In this document: positions 26,668 through 39,529 of the stretch, in pieces
Layout of the letters: each line of letters begins with the position of its first letter
How positions within the stretch are numbered: position 1 is the first letter of the stretch
From: Octopus sinensis
Lineage: Eukaryota
Direction of reading: 5' to 3'
Length of the DNA stretch: 64,000 nt
NCBI RefSeq assembly: GCF_006345805.1
Contig: NC_043015.1
Location: 28,024,001-28,088,000, forward strand
The notes under the pieces: generated by a model
What the model saw: only the letters and a program-made list of their open reading frames with translations
Databases searched by the model: none
Told to the model about the DNA's origin: nothing
Made by a program: the position numbers and the translations under genes

Positions 26668-27064
26668 TACTCTCTCTTTTTACTTGTTTCAGTCATTTGA
26701 CTGTGGCCATGCTGAAGCACCGCCTTTAGTCGAGCAAATCGACCCCAGGACTTATTCTTTGTAAGCCCAGTACTTATTCTATCGGTCTCTTTTGCCGAAC
26801 TGCTAATTGACGGGTACGTAAACACACCAGCATCGGTTGTCAAGCAATGCTAGGGGGACAAGCACAGACACACATACATATATATATATATACATATATA
26901 CGACAGGTTTCTTTCAGTTTCTGTCTACCAAATCCGCTCACAAGGCATTGGTCGGCCCGGGGCTATAGCAGAAGACACTTGCCCAAGATGCCATGCAGTG
27001 GGACTGAACCCGGAACCATGTGGTTGGTTAGCAAGCTACTTACCACACAGCCACTCCTGCGCCT
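26668..27064 (-). mobile_element. SINE family A
   Basis: Full-length copy. Confidence 0.9.
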
Positions 27065-27191
27065 AAACTATGTCACTACTTTTGAATCTAAATACATCTA
27101 CAATATCCAGCGTTAAAAACCTGCTTTTACAACTGACGTGTATGACTTTGGAAAATCCATCAATTCACTGTATGCAGCCAAATAACAATTT

Positions 27192-27226
<35 letters not shown>

Positions 27227-27646
27227 CTTTCTTTTCCTCCTTCACTCTTGGATGAACAAACAGGAATCTTCTTCACTCCTCGTGGCAAATGAACTTATTG
27301 AACACATCTAAGAGCTGTTCAATGCACTGGATTCGCTGTTGCTTAGTGCAGATCAGCACCAGTTCACTTGGTTTCCTGATGTTGCCTTATGCAAAGAAAA
27401 CCTGTTTTCGTGTGCGTAGGTGGGATGTACGTCCATATGCTTTTCTTGTAAAACACTAAGTACAAGACTAAAAAAAGAACAAAAACAAGCGAAGAGGACA
27501 TCAACAGTCAATACTAAACTCCATTAAGATATTTGAGCACTAAGAACATTGGTTGAACATCCATCTATATATTACATTTATGGACAGAACCCCCTACAAA
27601 TGAAATAATTGGTTGGTAAGAGCTATTCAAGTCATGCCCGAGACTC

Positions 27647-29078
27647 TTAACCCTTTAGCATTTAAACCGGTCGTATCCGGCCAAAAGTATTCTGCCTGTT
27701 TTATGTTCAAACTGGCCAGATCTGGTCTCTCACACCAACCCTACAATATCGTTTTAAAAATTAACAGCTACCTCATCAAAATCTCATAGCTACAAGATAA
27801 TGCATGATTAGTTCAAAACAAAGTGGATGAAAAAGCTCTAATTTTGGCAGAATAATGCAAACACTAAAGGTTTAAACATGAAGCAAGTAGAACATTTAGC
27901 ATTTAAACCGGTCATATCCGGCCAAAAGTATTCTGCCTGTTTTATGTTCAAACTGGCCAGATCTGGTCTCTCACACCAACCCTACAATATCGTTTTAAAA
28001 ATTAACAGCTACCTCATCAAAATCTCATAGCTACAAGATAATGCATGATTAGTTCAAAACAAAGTGGATGAAAAAGCTTTAATTTTGGCAGAATAATGCA
28101 AACACTAAGGTTTAAACATGAAGCAAGTAGAACATTTAGCATTTAAACCGGTCATATCCGGCCAAAAGTATTCTGCCTGTTTTATGTTCAAACTGGCCAG
28201 ATCTGGTCTCTCACACCAACCCTACAATATCGTTTTAAAAATTAACAGCTACCTCATCAAAATCTCATAGCTACAAGATAATGCATGATTAGTTCAAAAC
28301 AAAGTGGATAAAAAAGGATTAATTTTGGCAGAATAATGCAAACACTAAGGTTTAAACATGAAGCAAGTAGAACATTTAGCATTTAAACCGGTCATATCCG
28401 GCCAAAAGTATTCTGCCTGTTTTATGTTCAAACTGCCAGATCTGGTCTCTCACACACCAACCCTACAATATCGTTTTAAAAATTAACAGCTACCTCATCA
28501 AAATCTCATAGCTACAAGATAATGCATGATTAGTTCAAAACAAAGTGGATGAAAAAGCTTTAATTTTGGCAGAATAATGCAAACACTAAAGGTTTAAACA
28601 TGAAGCAAGTAGAACATTTAGCATTTAAACCGGTCATATCCGGCCAAAAGTATTCTGCCTGTTTTATGTTCAAACTGGCCAGATCTGGTCTCTCACACCA
28701 CCCTACAATATCGTTTTAAAAATTAACAGCTACCTCATCAAAATCTCATAGCTACAAGATAATGCATGATTAGTTCAAAACAAAGTGGATAAAAAAGGAT
28801 TAATTTTGGCAGAATAATGCAAACACTAAAGGTTTAAACATGAAGCAAGTAGAACATTTAGCATTTAAACCGGTCATATCCGGCCAAAAGTATTCTGCCT
28901 GTTTTATGTTCAAACTGGCCAGATCTGGTCTCTCACACCAACCCTACAATATCGTTTTAAAAATTAACAGCTACCTCATCAAAATCTCATAGCTACAAGA
29001 TAATGCATGATTAGTTCAAAACAAAGTGGATGAAAAAGCTTTAATTTTGGCAGAATAATGCAAACACTAAAGGGTTAA
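27647..29078 (-). repeat. Tandem array of six ~240-bp MITE-1 units bounded by intact TTAA/TIR ends
   Basis: Unit starts (TTTAGCATTTAAACCGG) at 27654, 27895, 28135, 28375, 28617, 28857; units near-identical. Confidence 0.95.
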
Positions 29079-29143
29079 AAGACTAAAAAGGGCCAGCAGT
29101 GGACTAAGCGGTGAATTTTACATACAGATGAATGTCTGTGAAT

Positions 29144-29731
29144 CAGTGCTTTTCAACCTTTTTGCTGGAGCGGAACCCCAAGAAAACATTCCACTGGCTT
29201 GAGGAACCCCTGTGCAATAATTTAATTGTCTTATGCACACATATCTGCACAGGAGAATTAAAAATTACTCTCTTACTCTTTTACTTGTTTCAGTCATTTG
29301 TCTGCGGCCATGCTGGAGCATCACCTTTAATGGAGCAACTCGACCCCGGGACTTATTCTTTTGTAAGCCCAGTACTTATTTTATCGGTCTCTTTTGCTGA
29401 ACCGCTAAGTAAACACACCAGCATCGGTTGTCAAGCAATGCTAGGGGGACAAACACAGACACACAAACACACACATTCATATAAATATATACATATATAC
29501 GATAGGCTTCTTTCAGTTTCCGTCTACCAAATCCACTCACAAGGCTTTGGTTGGCCCGAGGCTATAGTAGAAGACACTTGCCCAAGGTGCCACGCAGTGG
29601 GACTGAACCTGGAACCATGTTGTTGGTAGACAAGCTACTTACCACACAGCCACTCCAGCGATTTTAGCATTTTTGTAACTTCTTGCGGAACCCCTGGACT
29701 GTACTGGCAGAACCCTGGTTGAAAACCACAG
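29144..29731. mobile_element. hAT-type MITE interrupted by a SINE
   Basis: TIR CAGTGCTTTTCAACC / GGTTGAAAACCACAG; perfect 8-bp TSD CTGTGAAT (29136-29143, 29732-29739). Confidence 0.85.
29268..29658 (-). mobile_element. SINE family A nested in hAT MITE
   Basis: Full-length copy between the hAT TIRs. Confidence 0.9.
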
Positions 29732-31018
29732 CTGTGAATTGTCTTTGGCGTTCTCAAAGAGTTCATCACGTAATCTCCATGGAAACTTCTGTATGACATT
29801 GTCATTTCATATTACAGAGTTTGTCAAAGAACTGTGGAACAGGTTTTGATAAACGATCTTATGGAGTAGAGTCGAGTGTTGAGGTGAGAGAGTTAACACG
29901 GACGGATTTAAGGTACTAGTGAACAGAGATAGAACCGAGGTGTGTATTAATCAATATAAAACAATGTCAAACTGACCGAACTTCAAGTGAACTAGAACTA
30001 ATAACTAAATGGATTAAAAGATGACAGAGAATCAAGGAAGCTTACTAGATGCAGTAGAAGACAGAGATGGTGGTGCAGCTAGTGATAATGTAGAGGAGGT
30101 TGGAGTTTGCTAAGAATATTAGAGATTTAGAGTGGTGCTACTTCTGTAAGTAGCGAATGGTTTATCTCGTGATACCACAGGAAAATTATGTGAAGCATTA
30201 TTATAATGAATCATGGGGAATGAATATAAAGAAATTGATATAATTCATTGGATGTGCAGTGTTAACTGATAAGAATGTTGGAACTCAAGAAACTGAGAAA
30301 ATTAATTCAAGACAACTGACTAGAATAGTTAAGCCTGTGATGTTGGATAAATATATGAAGAGTTGGTGGTAGAAAATATCCAGGGAAAAGTGAGATTAGG
30401 AATGAATCAGAGGTAAAGTAATTAAAATCAGAGGTGAAAAACATTAGGTCTTTTGGATGCAGTTTATATAAGATGGAAGTACTCAGAAGAAATCTGTCTA
30501 GCAATGCCAGCCAAGAAAGACAAATGTTAAAATGATGATGACACACACACACACATATACACACACATACACACTCTTATAATAATAATTTAGTATTCTA
30601 CTACTATGTCAACCGAACATGTAACTCAAACCTATTTTGAGTGCTTTGATTGCTGAACAGAGACAAAACGTTTTCACCGATATTAAATCAATATTTGGAG
30701 CTAAATTTAATCTGGACACAAAATAATTTCTTTTGCTGCTTAAAAAAACACAAATTTGCTGAGTTAATGTCTACACATTTGCTGCATTCCTTACATGATG
30801 TAACCTTATTAGTAGCAGAATTAATAAGTCGCTGACTGAACAAAAAAAGACTAAATTCAACAGAAATAGTGTTAAATGGGGAAGATTTGTTATCAAGACA
30901 ACTTAAATTGAGTTTGACAAAAGCATTATTTTTTTTTACTTCTTTAGTCAACTAAGTAAACCTTGCAATGAACTCAAAGACTATGGTTTCAAATCTCACT
31001 ACAAGTAATATTATATCT

Positions 31019-31245
31019 TTAACCCTTTAGTGTTCAGATTACTCTGTTAAATGTAATGCTTTTCCATCAAATTGTTTTGAATTAATCATGCATTACCTTA
31101 TAGCTTTGAGGTTTCAATGGTGTGATTGTTCATTTTTAGACTGTCAATGTAGGTTAGGTGTGAGAGGTTAGATATGGCTAGTTCAAATATAAAACATGTA
31201 GAATATTTGGGCTGGATATGGCCGGTTTAAACACTAAAGGGTTAA
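31019..31245 (+). mobile_element. piggyBac-type MITE family 1
   Basis: TTAA-CCCTTTAG...CTAAAGGG-TTAA termini. Confidence 0.85.
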
Positions 31246-31438
31246 ACAAAGACACTTGTATTAATTTTACCGGATAGGAAATTCCTTTTGATTCATGTGT
31301 AAGAAAGTAACATATTTATGTGATGACACTATCTTGTTGATTTTGATATGCAAGGGTCCAACTGCTCAGTCAAACACTGCGTAATTGTGTCTATGTCATC
31401 AAAGTAACTTTAGATTTACAAACAAAAACCACAAGCAT

Positions 31439-31743
31439 ATATAACAAAACAGGAAATTGAAAACTTTTCGGTATTAGTTGTTCACCATTACACATGTTTC
31501 ATTTGCTAATAGGAATTACAAAGTTTCATATGTTAGATAGATATGAAAGGAATTTCCTGTTAAAAATTCTCCAGACAGGGAAATTAAATGATGATATTTA
31601 ATTTTTCTTTCTGAAGAATTTCTAATAGGAAATTCCTGATTATGTCTATCTAACAGGTAAGACTTTGTAATTCTTATTAGCAAATTAAACATATGTAATA
31701 GTGATTAATACCAAAACATTTCCAATTTCCTGCTTTCTTATAC
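31439..31743. repeat. Old fold-back palindrome, ~150-bp arms
   Basis: Arms roughly 80% identical by eye, continuing to a ~6-nt central loop near 31590-31595. Confidence 0.8.
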
Positions 31744-31787
31744 AATAACTTTGCAAATAATATTTCCATAATTCTCAATTTTAATAT

Positions 31788-32015
31788 CATCATCATCGTT
31801 TAACATCCGCTTTCCATGCTAGCACGGGTTGGACGGTTCGACCGGGATCTGGGAAGCCAGAAGGCTGCACCAGGCTCCAGTCTGATCTGGCAGTGTTTCT
31901 ACAGCTGGATGCCCTTCCTAATGCCAACCACTCCGTGAGTGTAGTGGGTGCTTTTTACGTGCCACCGGCACAGGTGCCAGGCGAGGCTGGCAACGGCCAC
32001 GATCGGTTGGTGCTT
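31788..32015 (-). mobile_element. SINE family B
   Basis: Homology to family B. Confidence 0.85.
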
Positions 32016-32509
32016 TATTTTGATTAACATACCGCAACAACTGATACTACATACTGCTTAGCAACAAAGGAATAAGTAGATGTGCTTCAAGAAGAAACAG
32101 CTGGGATTAACCATAACTACACACATGCACATTCCCACACACACACATATCACATATATACACGCAAACACATTTTGGCATCTATTGCTTACAACTAGCT
32201 GCAAAGTGGCAATGTAGAATAAAGTGTTCTATTCCAAAACAATAAAATGCCAGCCGTAGATTTGCACTCACAACCTATGACCAGATGGACAGGCTGTTTA
32301 ATACACACTCTAGCTGTGAAAAACAGGATGGTCAAAATGAATAGAAATATCTGTATTCTAGCCATCTGATATAAGCAGAGTCTCATAAGGAAAGCAATAG
32401 TCACTCATACTTCATTTTCAACGGTGCTAGATCTCAACATATTGTCCTCAGGCAATATTGTTCTTCAAATTAATATGAAATTTATATTTGACAACCTATC
32501 ATACATCCG

Positions 32510-32850
32510 GGACCCCCTTCGGTCACGACACTGACCATGGGATTGCACCTAGAAAGTTACCCTCCCAGTCACAAGTCCGGGCAAGGTGGTTTATGGAAGA
32601 CCAGCAGTCGCCCATACATACCGGCCTCCCCTCTCCACGCCACCAGTGTTATCCAAGGGAAAGGCAGAGGGGCCAATACAGCTTAGCACCCGTGACGTCG
32701 CAACTCATTTCTACAGCTGAGTGAACTGGAGCAACGTGAAATAAAGTGTCTTGCTCAAGAACACAACACGCAGCCCGGTCCGGGATTCGAGCTTACAACC
32801 TCACGATCGTAAGCCCAACGCTCTAACCACAGAGCCATACGCATTCACAA
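32510..32850 (-). mobile_element. SINE family C
   Basis: Homologous to 11062-11398. Confidence 0.85.
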
Positions 32851-33824
32851 TCATTCATATGGAACATAATTTGCCACATATATTTCTCTAGTGTTTTATA
32901 GCTAAGCCAAGATAAATAATATTTAGGGAAATACTCAGAGTCTAGATGATGGTAGGAGTTAGCTCCCCTGTTTGCAATATATATTGGGTGCACACTGCAT
33001 CAATAGCCAGCTGGAGGAGGCTCCTCCTAGGGTTAAAAACAGTAGTAACATTGGTTCCTACAGAACAGCTATGTTGATGTGGTGACAAACATTACTTCTC
33101 AGTATAGCTACGACTTTGATTTCTTCTCAGAATGATTTTTAAAGAGAATAAAACTGCTCCAACAACTTAGATGCAAATCTTCAAAATTTGTACACTCATT
33201 CAATTCATGGAGAAATAGAATTTGAAATTATTTGAAATAAACTGACTGAAAATGATTATTTAGCAAACCTTTTTTTTTTTTTTTTTTTTTTTTTAGTAAA
33301 ACAAGAAATTTGTTGATTTACTTGCTACAATTTTTTTTTTAACTTTTAACATAGGTTTAATACCAATTTTTTGTTTCCAATAAATTCTTTGTATAACAAC
33401 AACCCCCCACTCCAAATTTGGATGTCTGAATTTCTGCAATGAACATTTCAGCAATGTTTGAACTACACAAGTAGTTGCCGAGACGTGCAGCTGAGGAACA
33501 GTCGTAGTTGGAAATTCTGTCGATGTGGTTGGTTGTCTTGTAGCCAAACCCATTAGCCATCTGCTCTTATACTTGTCTCTGACTACTCAAAGAGCTAAAA
33601 ACTATGAAGGGACTCGTCTTCCAAAAAACAATTTACCCCTAGAGAATATATATCTACAACTGAAAGCATCTCTTTCAGCTGGCAATGACAAATTAATTTA
33701 AAAAAGAAAAATACACATCAATGTTTTTTATAACATACTGCTTTGAGCCAGGATTGAACTCTCAAACCTTTATTATAAATCCCCTCTATCTCTCTTTCGG
33801 AGAGGCACTGAGCAGCTATAAGCA

Positions 33825-33992
33825 CACATACACACACGGCAGTAACTTCCACCTACCGAATTCAATCACAAAGCTCCGGTCGGCTCGAGGCTATAGTAGA
33901 AGACACCTACCCAAAGTGCCACGCAGTGGGACTGAACCCGAAACCATGTAGCTAGGAAGCAAGCTCCTAACCACACAGCCATGCCCGCGCCT
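33825..33992 (-). mobile_element. SINE family A, head half
   Basis: Homology to the 5' half. Confidence 0.8.
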
Positions 33993-34611
33993 ACTCAAAT
34001 TTCTAATTTTTAAAGGTCCACTACATGTTTCCAAGAATCCAAATCCTGAATCTTTCAATGGACATAATTATTTTTCTCCAACTCTCTTTTAATTATGATT
34101 TGGTACAAGTTCATTAATGTATACTAAACGAGATTAACATGATAAAAAAAAATCTCTATGACAGAATCTAGAGAAATGCAGCTCTTTACTGACCACACAC
34201 ACACACACACACACAGACAAATATCCCTTTCAGTGAACAACAGGATGTTTATATTCAGACCAACTTGCTACTGCAGTAACAAGTATTTCTCAATCAATAA
34301 CACATCCGTTAACAATGCAACAATGAAGTACTAGAACATTCAATTTCATACTACACAAAGATGTTTTCACACCAAAGGTCTAAACTATTGATGTTTTTCA
34401 ACAAGCCTTTTACACCTACACGTGTGTGTGTGTATTAGTATACATATACACACTCATACACACACACACACACACGGTGTGGTTTGATCTTATGACCCAG
34501 AGTTAGTAACCTGATTGGAAATGATTTAATTCACTTTCATCTTTATAACTACAAGACATGAAAATCACAAAAGCTGATTATGAAGAGTCAAGCAATTATA
34601 TATATAATATA

Positions 34612-34679
<68 letters not shown>

Positions 34680-34819
34680 GGGCTCTATTTAACACATTCT
34701 TTTTCAGCCACAGTAAACATCTAGTTTAGAAAGTCAGTGACCTGGTTTCAATTCTCGATTATACCAATTTTCATTCCTTGTTTTTAAGAAGCTTCTCTCT
34801 CTCTCTCTCTCTCTCTCTC

Positions 34820-34861
<42 letters not shown>

Positions 34862-35439
34862 CCTGCTCGCTTAGCCAGCGGGGTGGCATCGTTTGAAGGC
34901 TAAAACAATGCAAAGCGCATTGTGACCAGCGATGTGTAGCAACATCTGAGAGCCTGGTCGGTCACGAAAAAAATATATATATATAAATTCGTCATCATCA
35001 TCATTTTAATGTCCAATTTTTGTGCTTGAATGAGCCAGACAGAATCACTGAAGCAGATTTCTCTACAGCTGGATGCCCGTCCTGTTGCCAACCTTCACCC
35101 GTTTTCAAGCGAGGTGACAATCTCCTAGTCTGTTAAACAAGAAACCGTGCACACACGGGTACGAGCCTATTTTTTTGTTAACAATATCATGCATGTCAAG
35201 AAGCCCAGATATGCTTTTGCAGTCAACTGCAAGCAAACCTAACTGCTTGCATATGATAGTGAGGCTGTTGTTTTGTTTACAGTTAACTAATACACGTGTG
35301 GCAAGGATGATCACACACACACACTAGTGTGTATGTATATACATATATATATATATATATATATACAAACACACACACATTACCACCCACCTACCTATGT
35401 TCGGCCTTCGCCATGATAGATCACTAGCCACAACACACT

Positions 35440-35605
35440 CTTTATTTTCTCCCCTTTGTTTGTTTCTGTGTTCCTTTCTGTGGAAGAGCGTAGGCTCGAA
35501 ACGTTAAAGACATTTTCACTACCCGAGCATTATACTAATACATCTGTTTGTTGTCTACATCACCCGTCTTCATCTTTTGGGGTTTTTTTTGTGAAATCTC
35601 CCCAT
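35440..35605 (+). mobile_element. HH-E-related repeat, decayed hammerhead at 35474-35509
   Basis: cttt-CTGTGGA-a-gagc gtag gctc-GAAA-cg-TT-aaag. Confidence 0.55.
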
Positions 35606-35770
35606 ATATTACACATTCACGTGGTCGCACCAGTTCATCCTGTCCCCTCTCATCACACCCGAGCTTCTACAGATTCTACCTGTCTTCTCTCATCACCTAC
35701 CAACTTCTACTGGACTTTCTACACTTCAGCTGCACCTCTCCTACCTATGGATTACACTGGACTCTCTCTT

Positions 35771-35822
<52 letters not shown>

Positions 35823-36704
35823 TAATAAAAGGAATTCCAACCTTGTCTGATTTTCACGTTTTATTTACAATCTTATAATGATATAAGATAATATAATATA
35901 ATAAAATAAAATAAAATAATAGAATGTTAAATGTTCATTCTGATTGAACTGGTACTTTCATGCATTAAATTCTGCAATCTTCAGGTTCATGTAGTTGTGG
36001 TGGCAATCATGCTTCACAATTTTTGACTGTAGCGTGATGATTGAATCTGTGCCTTAAATACAGCTGTGTAGGCTCCAGATTGCTAGGTTTTGCAAACTGT
36101 ATTCTTTATATATATATAATGTATACCTCTCTGCCCTGTATCCAACAACTGGCTTTACCAAACCAAAAGAAATTACATAATAAAAAAAAAAGATGTTCAT
36201 CATTTGAAAAGTTGGAATGCTTGAATTGGTGAATCCCTTAATTACAATATAGAGACACCTCTAAAATTTCTTCGTTAGGTCGTGTAACCAAGAAAAAACA
36301 GAATTAAAAAAAGAAAAAACAGTGTCAGATTTCATCTTGCTTCAAGCAACAATTCATTCTACACATCCATTTTTCCATGCTAGCATGAGATCCAATACAT
36401 ACGAGAAAAAACTGAGCACTTGTTTATTTCATTGCTTTGGTATTTGTTTAAAAATAGGCAGACTGATGGTAGTCCAGAAAGCTTTAACTTGGTCAACTGT
36501 GACTTTTACTGAAGAAATTACAGGTTAGTTCATTTTAGCTAATTCTAATTTTACAAGAAAATTGATGGGAATATTATTTTAAATTGCAGTTGTGATTAAG
36601 AAGGCTTGAGTCAGTGAGACCACCTAAAGAAAAGCTACTGGTTAACCCTTATGAACATAACAGGAAAATAAACTTCTGAGCCGATTGTATATTTGAGAGA
36701 GTTA

Positions 36705-37105
36705 AGTTAGTTAAGTTAATTTTTTGGCTCAAAAAGCAAAAGCAAGGCGATGTAGGGGGGTCATGGAGTTATGTACAGGGAGGGTGTTCATGCAAAGAGT
36801 TCAGGCCATTTCTGGTCAAGAGAGACTTTGAACCGAGCGGCTGTCGGCATCTTCACTATCTCGTTTGGCAGCTTATTCCACAGATCCGCAACCCGGACGG
36901 AGAAAGCCCTTCTCCTTCGATTGAGACGAAATCATCGCAGATAGAGCTTTTCAGAGTGACCCCGCAGCCGACGCTCTGGAGCAGGAGTGAAGAACAGCTC
37001 TTTCAAGAGGTTACACTTTCTGCTTATGATGTTGTGAGCGAGAATAAGATCACCACGGCGTTTTTCTAGAGAATAAAGGTCGAGCGTCTTCAGCCTTTCT
37101 TCATA
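36705..37105 (-). mobile_element. CR1 LINE 3' fragment (degenerate)
   Basis: Minus translation SYEERLKTLDLYSLEKRRGDLIL..RLRGHSEKL..*..AFSVRVADLWNKLP..FKVSLD; one in-frame stop; (AACTT)n-like tail. Confidence 0.85.
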
Positions 37106-37202
37106 AGAGTATTACAATAATGATGTATTTTATGTCACAAAGGAATGAAGTTAATCAAATTGATCTCAATATATTACTTGCACTTATTCTATTCATTGAA
37201 AT

Positions 37203-37476
37203 TTCACTGAAAATTTATATATATATTTACGAAGTCTAGACAGATATCTTCAGCTAGTAGGCCTCTGCTACTCTAGACCGATGATGGGCAAAGACCCTGA
37301 AACATGCGTGTGTCTAGATGCAGGCCTAGCTGTTGGGGGTATTTGTCTCCTCTTCATAAATATATAAGGACACAGGAAATGTGTCGAAGCCGACAGGCAG
37401 CGTCGATGCTTCCTAGGGCTAAACAGTGGTGGTGTAATTCCCTTACTGTCACGTTAAGTTGACAGTATACAACCAC
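37203..37476 (+). mobile_element. Second HH-A copy with decayed hammerhead (37272-37318)
   Basis: Clear homology to 4743-5019; tctaga-CCGATGA-tggg caaaga ccct-GAAA-catgcgtg-TG-tctaga. Confidence 0.75.
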
Positions 37477-37935
37477 TTATTCTATTGATCTCCAGAAAAG
37501 CCAAAGACGATATTGACTTTTTTACAAGATGTCAAGTGAGGCCACAGAAGGATCAAACCAAATAATTGTAAATATTTCAACCAACACTCTTCTTCTAACT
37601 AAATAACAATTAAGAAGCTCCATTTGTCACCATAGTTTTGGCACCTTGGGCAAGTGTCTTGTACTATAGCTCTGGGCTGACCAATGCATTCTGAATGAAT
37701 TTTGGAGATGGAAACTGTGGAAGCCCATTGTATATACGTGTGTATGTGATTCTGACATTCTGCTACCAGCACTTAACAAGCAGTTTTGGTCTGCTTACGG
37801 AGATGTACTTGCATAACAAGTGATTTGATCTGAGATTGTGTGCTGAAATGAAAACAATTGCAGCGTGGAAGGTGTTTGTAAGCCATTTAAGAAACACACA
37901 AAAGCAGTTCGATTCACTTCAACATATAAGCTTAA

Positions 37936-37986
37936 TTTGTCAAAATATTTTCATCGCTTTAAGACCGCGACCTGTTCACTGACAAA
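37936..37986 (-). ncRNA. Hammerhead-like motif with G3:C8-swapped core (family HH-C)
   Basis: Minus strand: tttgtca-GTGAACA-g-gtcgc ggtcttaaa gcgat-GAAA-atat-TT-tgacaaa; 7-bp stem I, palindromic AATATT stem III. Confidence 0.65.
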
Positions 37987-38291
37987 AATCCGTGCTTCCT
38001 GTAACTTAGTAGTTTGGCAAAAGAGTAAGTATCAGACTTTAAAAATAAGTACTGGGGTCAATTTGTTCAACTGAAACTCTTTAAAGCAGTATCCAGCATG
38101 GCTGCCATCCAATGATTGAAACAAGTGAAAGATAAAAGAGGAAAAATAAATCATTGCCTTGTATTAATAACAATTTCTAACATAGGCACAAGGCTGCAAA
38201 TCTGTGGAGCTGAGATTGATTAAATCGACTCTGGCATGCGACTGGTAAATATCGACACCAGAAAGATGAAAGGCAAAGTCAATCACAGCAG

Positions 38292-38601
38292 CTTAGTGGA
38301 GGCACATGGCCAAGTGGTTAGAACAGCGGACTCGCGGTCGAGGGATCGCAAGTTCGAATCTCAGGCCGAGCAATGTGTGTGTTTATGAGCGAAACACCTA
38401 AGCTCCACACGGCTCTGGCAGAAGGTAATGGTGAACTTCTGCTGACTCTTTCGCCAAAACTTTCTCTCACTCTTTCCTCCTGCATCTAGCAGCTCACCTG
38501 CGACGGACCGGCGTCCTGTCCAGGTGGGGAACCTATACGCTAAGGAAACCTGGAAACCGGCCCTTATGAGCCAGGCATGGCTCGAGAAGGAACAAACAAA
38601 A
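38292..38601 (+). mobile_element. tRNA-head SINE (family C group) nested in SINE D
   Basis: 11-bp TSD AATCACAGCAG (38281-38291, 38602-38612); (AACA)n tail. Confidence 0.85.
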
Positions 38602-39529
38602 AATCACAGCAGGTTCTGAACTCAGAACACAAAAGAGCCAAAAAAAAAAAAAAAAACATTGCAAAGCATTTTGTCTTATGTTCTAATAATTCTTCTAAAA
38701 TGCTTGAGTGTTAAGTTTTGAATCTACAGACAGTAAAAATGTAAATAATTATAATAGGTATGTACTACAAATGATGGTGCATCTGTCAAAAGGTCCATTT
38801 TAAGGACAAACAGAATGCTGAAAACATATACACATCTACTCTAATCTAAAGCAAGATCTAAACATATGGCTTTGTACATCACTCTTGTTCCTATTTCTCT
38901 CTCTGTAAACGAAGGCTCGAAAATGTATCTTGGTCTTGTGACTATCTCTACAGCAAGATGCTTAAGATAACAGAAGTTATGCCATTTAATGAATTCAAAG
39001 AACTTTGTAGGCTAATAATACAGAAAGTAACGATGTTGTGATATTGATCAAAACAATTTTAAATATGCAAAAGATAGAAAAGAAATATCAATGGAAAAAA
39101 AAAACATATAAATTCAAATGTTAACATAAATTTTACTTTTAAGACCACACTCCCACATTCTTACAGTTACTTTTTATGAATTTGAAAAGGTTCGAAATGT
39201 CTGGTAAAATAGGTTTATTTAACAATGTTAATAACGCTATTGTCCTAATTGCCAATAAGCCACAGGAAACTAATGATAATGATTTCTATTGTTGAGGCTC
39301 TTCATACATAAAGGAAACAGAACCCCCACCCCCCGCCTAAAAATAGCAGCCAAATCTTCCTCAAATCATATCCTACTAACCTTAAAGAAAATTTTTTTTA
39401 AATACAAAAAAAAAACATAGGTTTTTATCTCAAATGTATTACTGAAATACAAATGAACTGGTCAAGACTAGACTACCTTTCATCATTTGGAGATGACCTG
39501 GGGCTAAACGAAAGCTCAAAACAATTTCA

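Noticed and set aside
29818-29883. Plus-strand 66-nt exon candidate (SLSKNCGTGFDKRSYGVESSVE) with good AG/GT signals
   Set aside because: Isolated and unrecognised; such signals are expected by chance in 64 kb.
33357-33560. ORF MANGFGYKTTNHIDRISNYD.. faintly resembling a clathrin-repeat segment
   Set aside because: Weak acceptor, no convincing donor, similarity too short.
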